Positions 48,301 to 57,768 of a stretch of DNA of 64,000 nucleotides are shown here, piece after piece. The translations under genes were made by a program, and so were the position numbers. The DNA lies in the NCBI GenBank assembly GCA_963848635.1, contig CAWKEA010000005.1:111341-175340 (forward strand), written 5' to 3'. This DNA is from an uncultured bacterium (lineage in GTDB: Bacteria; Patescibacteriota; Minisyncoccia; Phycocordibacterales; PALSA-1337). How positions within the stretch are numbered: the stretch's first letter is position 1; every line of letters begins with the position of its first letter. The notes under the pieces were generated by a model that worked only from the letters and a program-made list of their open reading frames with translations, was not told the DNA's origin and ran no database searches.

Positions 48301-51300
48301 CTATGCGAGAGGGATATTTGGGCAGACGATATTGATCAACCTTCCTTTTACAAGGATGATCCTTGATGGCGTCCCTCCATTGAGCCATTTTTTGACTGAT
48401 TCGAGCGCCAGTGCGGCGGTTTTGACGGCCTCATCAGAAGCATCGGCACTGACGTCCATTTCAGCCCTGGTTTTGCCGTTTATCTGCACGGCAATCTTGA
48501 TGCTTGACCCGACCAAGAGCGCCGGATCATATGCTGGCCAGGATTGCGCATGGATCGAGCCTTTGTTTCCAAGCACGCTCCAAAGCTCTTCGGTGATATG
48601 CGGCGCGAATGGCGCGAGAAGTTGCAAGAAAATGCCATAATTTTCTTTCGACACGGTTCCTTCGCCTGCAGCAGCTTTCTTGTCCTCCGTAGCTTTAGCG
48701 GAGGAGGATTCAAACTCGTTCAAGAGGATCATGAGAGCCGAGACGGCGGTGTTGAAGCGCATTGATTCGATGTCCTCGGAGACTTTTTTGATCGTTTTGT
48801 GGACAAGGGGGATGAGCTTTGGGTTTTCATTTTTGAGTTTTGCATTTTGAGTTTTGCATTTTTCTTGCAGTTTCCACACACGTTCAAGGAAACGGCGACA
48901 GCCGACGATGCCGTTCTCGTCCCAACTGATCGCCTGATCGAACGGACCCATGAACATCTCGTAGAGGCGCAGTGAATCGGCGCCGACGTTTTTGACGATT
49001 GCGTCGGGATTGATGACATTGCCGCGGGATTTCGACATCTTTTCTCCGCCGGGACCGAGGACGAAACCGTGCGCAGGTGCGCTTTGATATACGGTTCGGA
49101 TGTCGGAACGAGCCCTTGATCAAAGAGGAATTTGTGCCAGAAGCGCGAATAGAGGAGGTGCAAAGTGACGTGTTCCATGCCGCCGTTGTACCAATCGACC
49201 GGCGTCCAATGCTTCAATTTTTTCATATCAGCGAATTTCGTCGCGTTCTTTGGATCTGTATAGCGCAGATAATACCAGCTCGAGCCTGCCCAATTCGGCA
49301 TAGTGTCCGTTTCGCGCTTTGCTTTACCTTTACATTTAGGACATTTTACATTCACCCACTTTGAAATAGCCGCAAGCGGCGATTCGCCTGTTTCGGTCGG
49401 CTTGTAGTTTTTGACCGGCGGCAATTTGACCGGCAAGTCTTTTTCAGGAACCGGCACGATGCCGCATTTTTCGCAGTGAACGACGGGAATCGGCTCGCCC
49501 CAATATCGCTGGCGCGAGAATATCCAATCGCGCAGTTTGAACCTGTTCACCCATTGGCCGCAGGCGTATGCAGTGATCTCTTTCCTTATTTCGGCGCTTT
49601 TCTTGTCATTGAAACTGCCAGAATTTATGAGCAATCCTTCGCCGATGAAAGCGATATCAGTCTCGGAATGCAATCGAGCGAGCCAGAGCGGCAATTCCGA
49701 ATTGACCATCTTGCCGGGGATGAAATCAGCGGGGTCAATCCAGAGTATCTGGTTGCCTTCGCCGTTCTCGTCCGTTATCGGCACCCGCGCGTCGCTCTTC
49801 AATTCAAAGTAAAGGCCTGTGGCGATGGCGATCCTGTTCTCATCCTTGTGCTTGGCGAAATATTCGGCGCGCACCGGAGAGCCGAGCTTCTTCTTGAACT
49901 CGATATCGGTGTAGCCTGTCTCCTCCCTGACTTCCCTTTTTGCCGCTTCCACAAAATCCTCGCCAGCCTCGACACCGCCGATGACGACGGTATCCCAGCC
50001 ATGCTTGTCGTTTCGTATGATCAAATATTTTTTCTTGAGAGGGTCAAAGACGATCGCGTGCACGTTCGTCCGTATCTTGGACGGCTTGTCCGCGCGCGGC
50101 GGGTTCACATGGTCGACGATGCACGGCATTATGGCTTCCTTTATCGGTAAATCATATTTCTTGGCAAAGGCAAGATCACGGTCGTCGTGCGCTGGCACGG
50201 CCATCACGGCGCCGGTGCCGTAATCGGCAAGTACGTAGTCGGCGATGTATACGGGCACTTCTTCGCCGTTAACGGGATTTATCGCTTTGACTCCTTTCAA
50301 TTCGACGCCCATTTTTTCGCGGGTTGCATCGGTGCGTTCGATATCGCTTTCTTTCTTTGTCCTCGTTATATAGATAAGAGCCTCGCTCCTGTTTTTAATC
50401 AAAGGAAGAAAATCGCGGACCAGCGGATGCTCGGGAGCGAGCACGAGATATGTCACGCCGAACAAAGTGTCTGGGCGGGTAGTGAAGACCGTGATCGATG
50501 GCACGACGGCTTTCAATATTTCAGGTTCTTGATCTGCACGAAAATGCTCTCCATTGCTCTTTGTCTCTATGAGGCGAGCTTTCAAATTATTCGAAAGATG
50601 GCGAATATATTCGATTCTGAATTCTTCTTTAAGATCAGAGAGGATCGATATCTTTCCATTGGCCAAGCGTCGAATGAGATCATAATCTATATTCCAAGTA
50701 AAATTCTTCCAGTATGGTCTAGATTCAGCTTTGGGAAAAGAAGGATCGATTGCAGGAGAAACAAGAACAAGCCCAAAGATCGGTTTGTTCAACTTCATCA
50801 ATGCTTTCATCGCAACTACAGAGCCAAGCGAATGAGCGACGATGACGGTATTTTCATCGATCTTGCAATTTTGCAACACATATTCGACTTGTTCCGATTC
50901 TCTTGGATCCTCTGTGTTTGGAAGTTCGGGGATCTCAACTTCGTGACCGCGGCTTTCAAGTTCTGACTTGAGCCAGGCCCGAAAACTTCCTTTGGCGCTT
51001 CCTCTAAAACCATGAAGCAAAATGTATTTTAGTTTTTGCGGGCTCTTGAGTTCAAAGCTTATCTCCGCGCCTTCGCTCTTTCCGATCCAATTCCTCTGTT
51101 GGGCCTTGATCTCCGGCAAGTAATTCACCAGATCGAGGTCTTTGTCGAGGCGGTCGGCATATTTCGTGATGGCGAGCATCCACTGCTCCTTCTCGCGCTT
51201 TTCGACCGGCGTGCCGCAACGCTCGCATTTGCCGTCGACGACTTCCTCGTTGGCAAGGCCGATCAGGTCTTTCGGGCACCAATTGATGGCCATTTTTTTC

Positions 51301-51752
51301 TTGTAAGCGAGGCCATTCTTCAAGAATTGAAGGAAGATCCATTGCGTCCATTTATAGTAGTTCGGATCGGTCGTATTTATCTCGCGCGACCAATCAAAGG
51401 AAAAGCCGAGCGATTTCAATTGCTTGCGAAAAATAGCGGTGTTTTTCTTTGTGACGACGGCTGGCTGTATGCCGGTCTTGATCGCATAGTTCTCTGTCGG
51501 CAAACCAAAGGCATCCCAACCGATTGGATAGAGGACGTTGTAGCCTTCGCGGCGGCGCTTGCGCGAGATGATGTCCATGGCCGTGTTGCTCCTGATGTGC
51601 CCGACATGAAGGCCGTCGCCGGATGGGTATGGAAATTCGATGAGCGAATACCATTTCGGCTTCTTGGACGTGTCGCTCGCGACAAAAGCCTTTTTCTTGT
51701 CCCATTCCTTTTGCCATTTCGGCTCGATTTTTTTGTGGTCGTAGGGTTTCAT
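48301..51752 (-). CDS. leuS: Leucine--tRNA ligase (about 1149 aa) with inserted alpha/beta-hydrolase and NUDIX domains; two extra bases near 49075-49085
   Basis: FPYPSGDGLHVGH, TTRPDT, GTGAVMAVPAHD, SRQRYWGEPIP, KMSKS; 3452 nt minus 2 gives 1150 codons. Confidence 0.95.
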
Positions 51753-51774
51753 GTGAGATTATATTAGATAAGAT

Positions 51775-52482
51775 TTACTGCTTCTTTTCAAAAGTAAATA
51801 TTGTACAAACATATTCATCACTATTTATCTTGTCCTTTTTGACTAGCTTCAATCCATTGTCTTCGAGGAGATCCTTATAATAATCTTCCTCTCTATCGTA
51901 ATCGATAACGGTGCCCATATCAGGAATCTCAACATAATGGAGATATTCTTTGTATTCCTTGCCTTTGAAATCAATGACATTTTTTTCTATAAAAAGATCT
52001 TTTTGAGTTTCAAGCTTGTTTCTTAGATATTCTTCGCTCGAGACTACCATGATCAACTTCCCGTTTTCATTGAGCATCGCCGATATCTTCTGAGCGACAT
52101 TGCTTAAATCGGCTTCTATGAAATGAGGAAAGACATATATAGCAGTGACGAAATCAAACTTTTCGCTTATCTTTAAATCCTGAAATGTATCTGGATATAT
52201 TTTTACATTGTTCTTGCTTATATCGCTTTTTGAGAAGTAGTCGAGACTCTTTTTTGAAGGCTCACAACCAGTAATAAAGACGTCATCGCCATATCTTTTC
52301 TTTAACATTCTTATAAAAAAACCGATTCCAGAGCCAATATCAAATAGCTTGAAGGGCGCTTTCTTATTTGAAATTATCTCATCAAGAATGAATTTGTTTA
52401 CAGCGACATTCAAGTGAGTCTTGTCCTGATTCACCCAGTTGATTTTGTTGTATTGCTGAAAGAAAAAGTTACGATTTTTCAT
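51775..52482 (-). CDS. AT-rich class I SAM-dependent methyltransferase
   Basis: LFDIGSGIG, GCEPS, FDFVTAIYVFPH, LNENGKL; start ATG 52482. Confidence 0.85.
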   Translation of the reverse strand: MKNRNFFFQQYNKINWVNQDKTHLNVAVNKFILDEIISNKKAPFKLFDIGSGIGFFIRMLKKRYGDDVFITGCEPSKKSLDYFSKSDISKNNVKIYPDTFQDLKISEKFDFVTAIYVFPHFIEADLSNVAQKISAMLNENGKLIMVVSSEEYLRNKLETQKDLFIEKNVIDFKGKEYKEYLHYVEIPDMGTVIDYDREEDYYKDLLEDNGLKLVKKDKINSDEYVCTIFTFEKKQ

Positions 52483-52520
52483 CTTTGAGATATTAACACG
52501 GAAATTGTTTGCATCAAACC

Positions 52521-53102
52521 TCAATCTTTTATCTTCTTTATCCCAAGAATAACCAAGATAACGAGAGCAACCGCGAGGACACCAAATCGCAGATAATCGT
52601 TCATATCCGACCAATAGCGGACCGAAGCGACGACGAGCGCGAGCACGCCGCCGAGCGAAAGGCCGAGCGAGACTGCGGCAGACTTTTGGATGAAGAAGCC
52701 GACAATGAGCGAGATCACTCCCAAAATAACGAGGACGACGAACACATTGCGATTATATACGCTATCTGCAGTAGTGAAATTCTTTTGGCAGGTAAAGTTG
52801 ACGTCGCAGTAGCCAGCAGGTTGTTCGATTACAACTTTGGAAAGTGTTCCTTGCGGCGTTGGAGCTGGAACGGCATAAGCGGCATTGCTCGTCCAACCGC
52901 CGCCGACAGCAACGCATTCGGCCTGTGTTGAGGGCGGCGTTGTCACTTGGGCAACCGGACAGAAATTCTCGAACGTTGGCACGTTATAAAAAACCTTTAT
53001 GCCATAGACGAAAAAGAGGTTGAGCACAATGACGATTCCAAGAATCAAAAGCCATTTCAAGACTTTACTTGGCTGAGAGAATGATGTGTTTTGTATTTCC
53101 AT
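52521..53102 (-). CDS. Membrane protein, 4 TM with Cys-containing extracellular loop
   Basis: GIVIVLNLFF, C..GGGW...GYCD..FTC, YNRNVF; start ATG 53102. Confidence 0.8.
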   Translation of the reverse strand: MEIQNTSFSQPSKVLKWLLILGIVIVLNLFFVYGIKVFYNVPTFENFCPVAQVTTPPSTQAECVAVGGGWTSNAAYAVPAPTPQGTLSKVVIEQPAGYCDVNFTCQKNFTTADSVYNRNVFVVLVILGVISLIVGFFIQKSAAVSLGLSLGGVLALVVASVRYWSDMNDYLRFGVLAVALVILVILGIKKIKD

Positions 53103-53214
53103 GATAGATATATGATACGCCGATATCCCCTCTTGCACAAATACGAGATCAGATCTAGTGCAAGAAAAAAGCCCTCGATCTTTTTGAGATCGCAGGCTTT
53201 TTAGGAAACTACGT

Positions 53215-53415
53215 CTATATTGACGACGCTGACGACGCACCACGCACAATCGTAATGACAAGAATAAGCACGATGGCCAGGATGATCCAAGCAAGAAAAC
53301 TAAAGCCTTTGTGCTCTGCAGAACCAGAACCACTATGGTTATGGTCGAGGATCATTCCACGTGATGTGTCGATGTCAAGGAATCCGAAATGTACACGGCG
53401 ACGGAAACGATTCAT
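53215..53415 (-). CDS. Small orphan protein with one C-terminal TM
   Basis: AGAAAGG before ATG, GGTTCTTCAAAA (53447-53436), TTGACG-17-TAGTAT (53497-53469), terminator about 53164-53201. Confidence 0.65.
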   Translation of the reverse strand: MNRFRRRVHFGFLDIDTSRGMILDHNHSGSGSAEHKGFSFLAWIILAIVLILVITIVRGASSASSI

Positions 53416-53584
53416 ATAATGCCTTTCTGTTTATTTTTTGAAGAACCGCAAAAACTCTATCGCCATCGATACTACCATACAACACAGTTGACGTCAAGGT
53501 ACCGCTCGTGATGTGATGTATCTGTCATATTCTATATAGTTTGACGAAACTCGGCTTTACAAAACCAAACGATAGCGCTCTTCT

Positions 53585-56326
53585 TTATTTACCCGCCGTC
53601 AATTTCTGATGCTCTTCGGTATTTTTTAGCCCGCAATTCTTGTATTTCTTGCCACTGCCGCACGGACATAGGTCATTACGACCGATTTCAGGCTTCTTTT
53701 GAGCAAGCGAGCCCCCCGAAGCCGGACTTTCGGCATGAGTGATAGCATCAGCGTCTGAACGGACTTCCTGCAATTTGGGAGCTTGCGGCGTGATGACGCC
53801 GCCAGCGACATGTGGCAAGAGCTCAAGGATCTTGTTGTTGATGGCGTCCTGCATCTCACGGAAAAGGCGAAGGCCCTCTTTTTTATATTCAACCAAAGGA
53901 TCGCGCTGGCCGTAAGCGCGCAAGTTGACGGATGACCGCGTATAATCCATGAGCTCGAGATGCTCGACCCAGAACATATCGATGACCTGGAGCATGAGCT
54001 GACGGACGACCTGTAGGAAGCGCTCGCGTCCGATATCGGCGATCTTTTTGTCGACGATCGAATGCATTTGAGAAGATCCATCCAAGGCGCTCACGAGACC
54101 CCCTCGATCTTTTGGAGTCGCTCCGCTTGTGATCTCAATGACCTCATCCAATTTCTCCTCGACCACATCTGGTGTGCCGGTCAAAAGAGCGCGGCGGCGA
54201 TCATAGACTGCCTTTCTCTGCGTATTCAAAACGTCGTCGTACTGGAGGATGTTCTTGCGCGAATCGAAATTGAAGCCTTCTATCTTTGTCTGAGCGCTCT
54301 CGAGGGCGCGGCTGACGATGGAATTCTGTATCGGCTCGTCTTCGGGCATGCCGAGGCGGTTCATGAGGCCTTTTATCTTGTCGCCAGCGAAGACGCGCAT
54401 GAGCGAATCTTCGAGAGAGACCATGAACTGCGTCTTGCCAGGATCGCCCTGACGGCCGGAACGGCCGCGGAGCTGATTGTCGATGCGACGCGCCTCGTGG
54501 CGCTCGGTGCCGAGGACGAAAAGGCCGCCGATGCTTTTTACTTTTTCATATGCATCTGTCGAGCCAGGATTGCCGCCAAGCTTGATATCGACGCCGCGGC
54601 CCGCCATATTCGTGGCGATAGTAACGCCGCCAGGGCGGCCTGCCTGGGCGATGATCTCGCCTTCGCGCTCGTGGTTCTTCGCGTTCAAAATCTCGTGCTG
54701 TATGCCTTCTGCTTTTAGAAATTGCGACAGAACCTCGTTTTTCTCGATGGAAACCGTGCCAACGAGCACCGGCTGGCCCACAGCATTCAGCTCTTTTATC
54801 TTGCGGGCGATGGCCTTGAATTTGCCCATCTCCGTACGGAACATGAGATCAGTCTCGTCGATGCGGGCAGTCGGTCTGTTCGGCGGCACTACGACCACAT
54901 CGAGGCCATAGACCTTGTAGAATTCCTCGCCGGAAGTGGCCGCAGTCCCTGTCATGCCAGCGAGCTTTTTATAAAGCCTGAAATAATTCTGGAACGTAAT
55001 GGAGGCGAACGTGCGCGACTCTTTTTGAACGGCTACGCCCTCTTTTGCCTCGATGGCCTGATGCAAGCCTTCCGACCAACGGCGGCCTGGCTGTAGGCGG
55101 CCGGTGAACGTATCGACTATGACTATCTCGTTGTTCTTTACGACATAATCCTGGTTGAGATGATAGAGGCCTTTGGCTTTGATGGCAGTCTCGAGATGAT
55201 GGACGTATTTGATGCCTTTGTCAGTATATATGTTGTCTATGCCGAGCTTCTTCTCGGCTTTTTCTATGCCAAGAGGGGTAAGGGTGACCGCGCGATGCTT
55301 TTCCTCGACGATGTAGTCTTCGTCTTCCTTGAAAGAAGAGACCATGCCGGCGAATATCTGGTACAAGTTCTCCGATTCGGCCGCGGGAGCCGAGATGATG
55401 AGCGGCGTACGCGCCTCGTCTATGAGGATGGAATCGATCTCGTCGACGATGGCGAAATTAAACGGGCGCTGGCGCAGTCTGGCTGGGTCATATTCGAGAT
55501 TGTCGCGCAAGTAATCAAAGCCGAACTCGTTGTTCGTGCCATACGTGATGTCGGCATTATATGCTTCCTGGCGCGTGCACGGACGGAGGAATTCATGGAC
55601 GACTTTGAATGAGCCGATCTGGTCGACTTCTTTGATTAAAGAGTCATTTGCATTGCTTCGCGGAACCGAAGCATTCGGGAGCACGGATATTTTCTTGCTA
55701 GAAAATTCCTCGTGCTCGCTCCGTCGAGCTCGCAAGGCTCCCTCATTGCTTGGTTCCGCTTCGCCCTGCCTATGCTTTGGATCATATATAAAAGAAGCCT
55801 CGTGGTTCACCACGCCGACCGAAAGTCCGAGCGCATTGTAGATCTGTCCCATCCAGACAGCGTCGCGGCGCGAGAGGTAGTCGTTCACGGTGACAACATG
55901 CACGCCGCGGCCAGTGAGCGCATTCAAATAGACCGGCAAGGTGGCCACGAGCGTCTTGCCTTCGCCTGTGCGCATCTCTGCGATATTGCCATTATGAAGA
56001 ATCGCTCCGCCCATGATCTGGACATCGAAATGCCTCTGTCCGAGCGTCCTTTTTGCCGCTTCGCGAACGCAGGCGAAAGCTTCCGGCATGATCTCATCAA
56101 GGATCTCTTTTTCAGCCTGCAGTCTCTCTCCCTCGGCGGCCGCCAGCAATCTTTCACCGGCCATCTTTGCCGTTATCCGGTCTTTGAAATGGGAGGTTTT
56201 AGCCTTGAGCTGTTCATCAGATAACGACGAGATGGCACTTTCAAGCTCGTTCGTCTGCGCCACGACAGGCTCATACGCCTTTATCTTGCGGCTTTGACCA
56301 TTGAAAATAGTGTTTAAAAACGACAT
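53585..56326 (-). CDS. secA: Preprotein translocase subunit SecA
   Basis: MRTGEGKT, DEIDSILIDEARTPL, TNMAGRGVDI, QLRGRSGRQGDPG, SEC-C GRNDLCPCGSGKKYKNC. Confidence 0.97.
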   Translation of the reverse strand: MSFLNTIFNGQSRKIKAYEPVVAQTNELESAISSLSDEQLKAKTSHFKDRITAKMAGERLLAAAEGERLQAEKEILDEIMPEAFACVREAAKRTLGQRHFDVQIMGGAILHNGNIAEMRTGEGKTLVATLPVYLNALTGRGVHVVTVNDYLSRRDAVWMGQIYNALGLSVGVVNHEASFIYDPKHRQGEAEPSNEGALRARRSEHEEFSSKKISVLPNASVPRSNANDSLIKEVDQIGSFKVVHEFLRPCTRQEAYNADITYGTNNEFGFDYLRDNLEYDPARLRQRPFNFAIVDEIDSILIDEARTPLIISAPAAESENLYQIFAGMVSSFKEDEDYIVEEKHRAVTLTPLGIEKAEKKLGIDNIYTDKGIKYVHHLETAIKAKGLYHLNQDYVVKNNEIVIVDTFTGRLQPGRRWSEGLHQAIEAKEGVAVQKESRTFASITFQNYFRLYKKLAGMTGTAATSGEEFYKVYGLDVVVVPPNRPTARIDETDLMFRTEMGKFKAIARKIKELNAVGQPVLVGTVSIEKNEVLSQFLKAEGIQHEILNAKNHEREGEIIAQAGRPGGVTIATNMAGRGVDIKLGGNPGSTDAYEKVKSIGGLFVLGTERHEARRIDNQLRGRSGRQGDPGKTQFMVSLEDSLMRVFAGDKIKGLMNRLGMPEDEPIQNSIVSRALESAQTKIEGFNFDSRKNILQYDDVLNTQRKAVYDRRRALLTGTPDVVEEKLDEVIEITSGATPKDRGGLVSALDGSSQMHSIVDKKIADIGRERFLQVVRQLMLQVIDMFWVEHLELMDYTRSSVNLRAYGQRDPLVEYKKEGLRLFREMQDAINNKILELLPHVAGGVITPQAPKLQEVRSDADAITHAESPASGGSLAQKKPEIGRNDLCPCGSGKKYKNCGLKNTEEHQKLTAGK

Positions 56327-56349
56327 TAGGATGATATTCTAGCACATTC

Positions 56350-57480
56350 TTAGTAAATATAAATGACTTCCCTCTCGATATCGATACCCGTTTTCTCTTT
56401 AACCGCTTTTTCGACCTCTCGTGCGACTTTTTCCACATCATCAAAGCTCGCGCCGCCATAGTTAACGATGACCAGGGCCTGTGTCTCGTGGATGCCTGCC
56501 GCGCCAAATCGTTTTCCCTTCAATCCGCAGACTTTGTCGATGATCCAAGCGAGCGGCACTTTTACACGCTCATCTGTGCCCTCGGCAGTTTCGGGAAAAC
56601 CTGGAAGCTCTGGATATTTTTCCTTTAGTTCCTTGAATTTCTTGTTTGAAATGATCGGGTTTTTGAAAAAAGAGCCTGCTGTGCCGACTTTTTTCACATC
56701 AGGCAATTTTGCCATGCGGATAGCGATGACTGCATCGCGCACCTCGGATATCGAAGGAATAGCCTTTGAAAATTTAGACTTGGAATTTATCTGGAGCTTG
56801 GGATTTTGCGCTTGGGATTTTCTTTGGCTACCGACCATTCTGCCTTGACCATTTTTATCGAAGTATTCCGACAGATCTCTGTATGAGATGTCAGGCTCAG
56901 CATTTTTCATTAACTTAAAGAGGACTGAGACGATGACATATCTGCCCTTTTTATGCTTGAAGATGCTGTCGCGGTAAGAAAAACCGCATTCTTCTTTTGA
57001 TATGGTCTTGAGACTGCGAGCTTTGGTATCAAAAACTTCGACGCTCTCGATCATGTCGCCCGCTTCGACTCCATACGCGCCGATATTCTGCACAGGCGCC
57101 GCCCCGACAGTGCCGGGAATGAACGAGAGATTCTCAAGGCCGCCGTAATTCCTCTCGACGCACCATGCGACAAAGCCGTCCCAATCTTCCCCTGCGCCGG
57201 CGCGGATATGGACAAAATTCGGATCACGAAGGCTTCGAGCGGCGCTTTCGACTTCTATCCCCTTTATCTCCATCTTTATCACAAGGCCGTCGAATTCTTT
57301 GTCCGAGACGAGGATGTTCGATCCGCCGCCGAGAATGCAGATTTTGAGCGACTTTTCTTTTACAAAATCAGCTGCCGTTTTGAGTTCTTCCTTTTCCCTT
57401 ATCACAGCGAAAAACCGCGCCGGACCGCCGATGTGGAATGTCGTCAGGTCTTTGAGGGACTGCCCATGGAGCATCTTCAT
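56350..57480 (-). CDS. murB: UDP-N-acetylmuramate dehydrogenase
   Basis: TTFHIGG, LGGGSN, IPGTVGAAPVQNIGAYG, YRDSIFK, AGSFFKNP, EREV; start ATG 57480. Confidence 0.95.
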   Translation of the reverse strand: MKMLHGQSLKDLTTFHIGGPARFFAVIREKEELKTAADFVKEKSLKICILGGGSNILVSDKEFDGLVIKMEIKGIEVESAARSLRDPNFVHIRAGAGEDWDGFVAWCVERNYGGLENLSFIPGTVGAAPVQNIGAYGVEAGDMIESVEVFDTKARSLKTISKEECGFSYRDSIFKHKKGRYVIVSVLFKLMKNAEPDISYRDLSEYFDKNGQGRMVGSQRKSQAQNPKLQINSKSKFSKAIPSISEVRDAVIAIRMAKLPDVKKVGTAGSFFKNPIISNKKFKELKEKYPELPGFPETAEGTDERVKVPLAWIIDKVCGLKGKRFGAAGIHETQALVIVNYGGASFDDVEKVAREVEKAVKEKTGIDIEREVIYIY

Positions 57481-57768
57481 GAGAGAAGTATACATCTAAT
57501 CAAGTAATCAGGAGAGACGAAAAAAATTGACCGATGCCGAAAATGCGCACGAAACGCATTTCCATGCATCGACGAGATGATTGCACCGAATGTCGGCGAA
57601 CGGGTGTTGTCTCCAAAATAAAATGTGTATAATTTATGTGAGTACAGCCGTCCGCCGGCATTTGGAACAATCCTCTGAAATTATAGCTTAGACCTGGAGC
57701 GTAGACAAGCAGAAATCAGGAAGACTGCTGGATATTGGCATTGGAATCATCAGCGAAGCGAGCAACGC

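Noticed and set aside
14110-49090. Frameshifts in GT2 (about 14120), the 74-aa gene (about 16380), T4CP (about 16950, 17494), ligase-TPR (about 22967, 23282), HARE-HTH (about 47755) and leuS (about 49075, 49084) as programmed frameshifting, phase variation or pseudogenes
   Set aside because: Nearly all are single extra bases, often doubling a neighbour. They share no slippery heptamer or long homopolymer, the genes show no other decay, and essential leuS is hit just before KMSKS. This pattern fits long-read consensus error; read polishing would settle it.
49660-51040. LeuRS inserts as inteins or self-splicing introns
   Set aside because: No Cys/Ser start with His-Asn end, no homing endonuclease motifs, and no group I/II intron features; the inserts are ordinary enzyme folds in frame.
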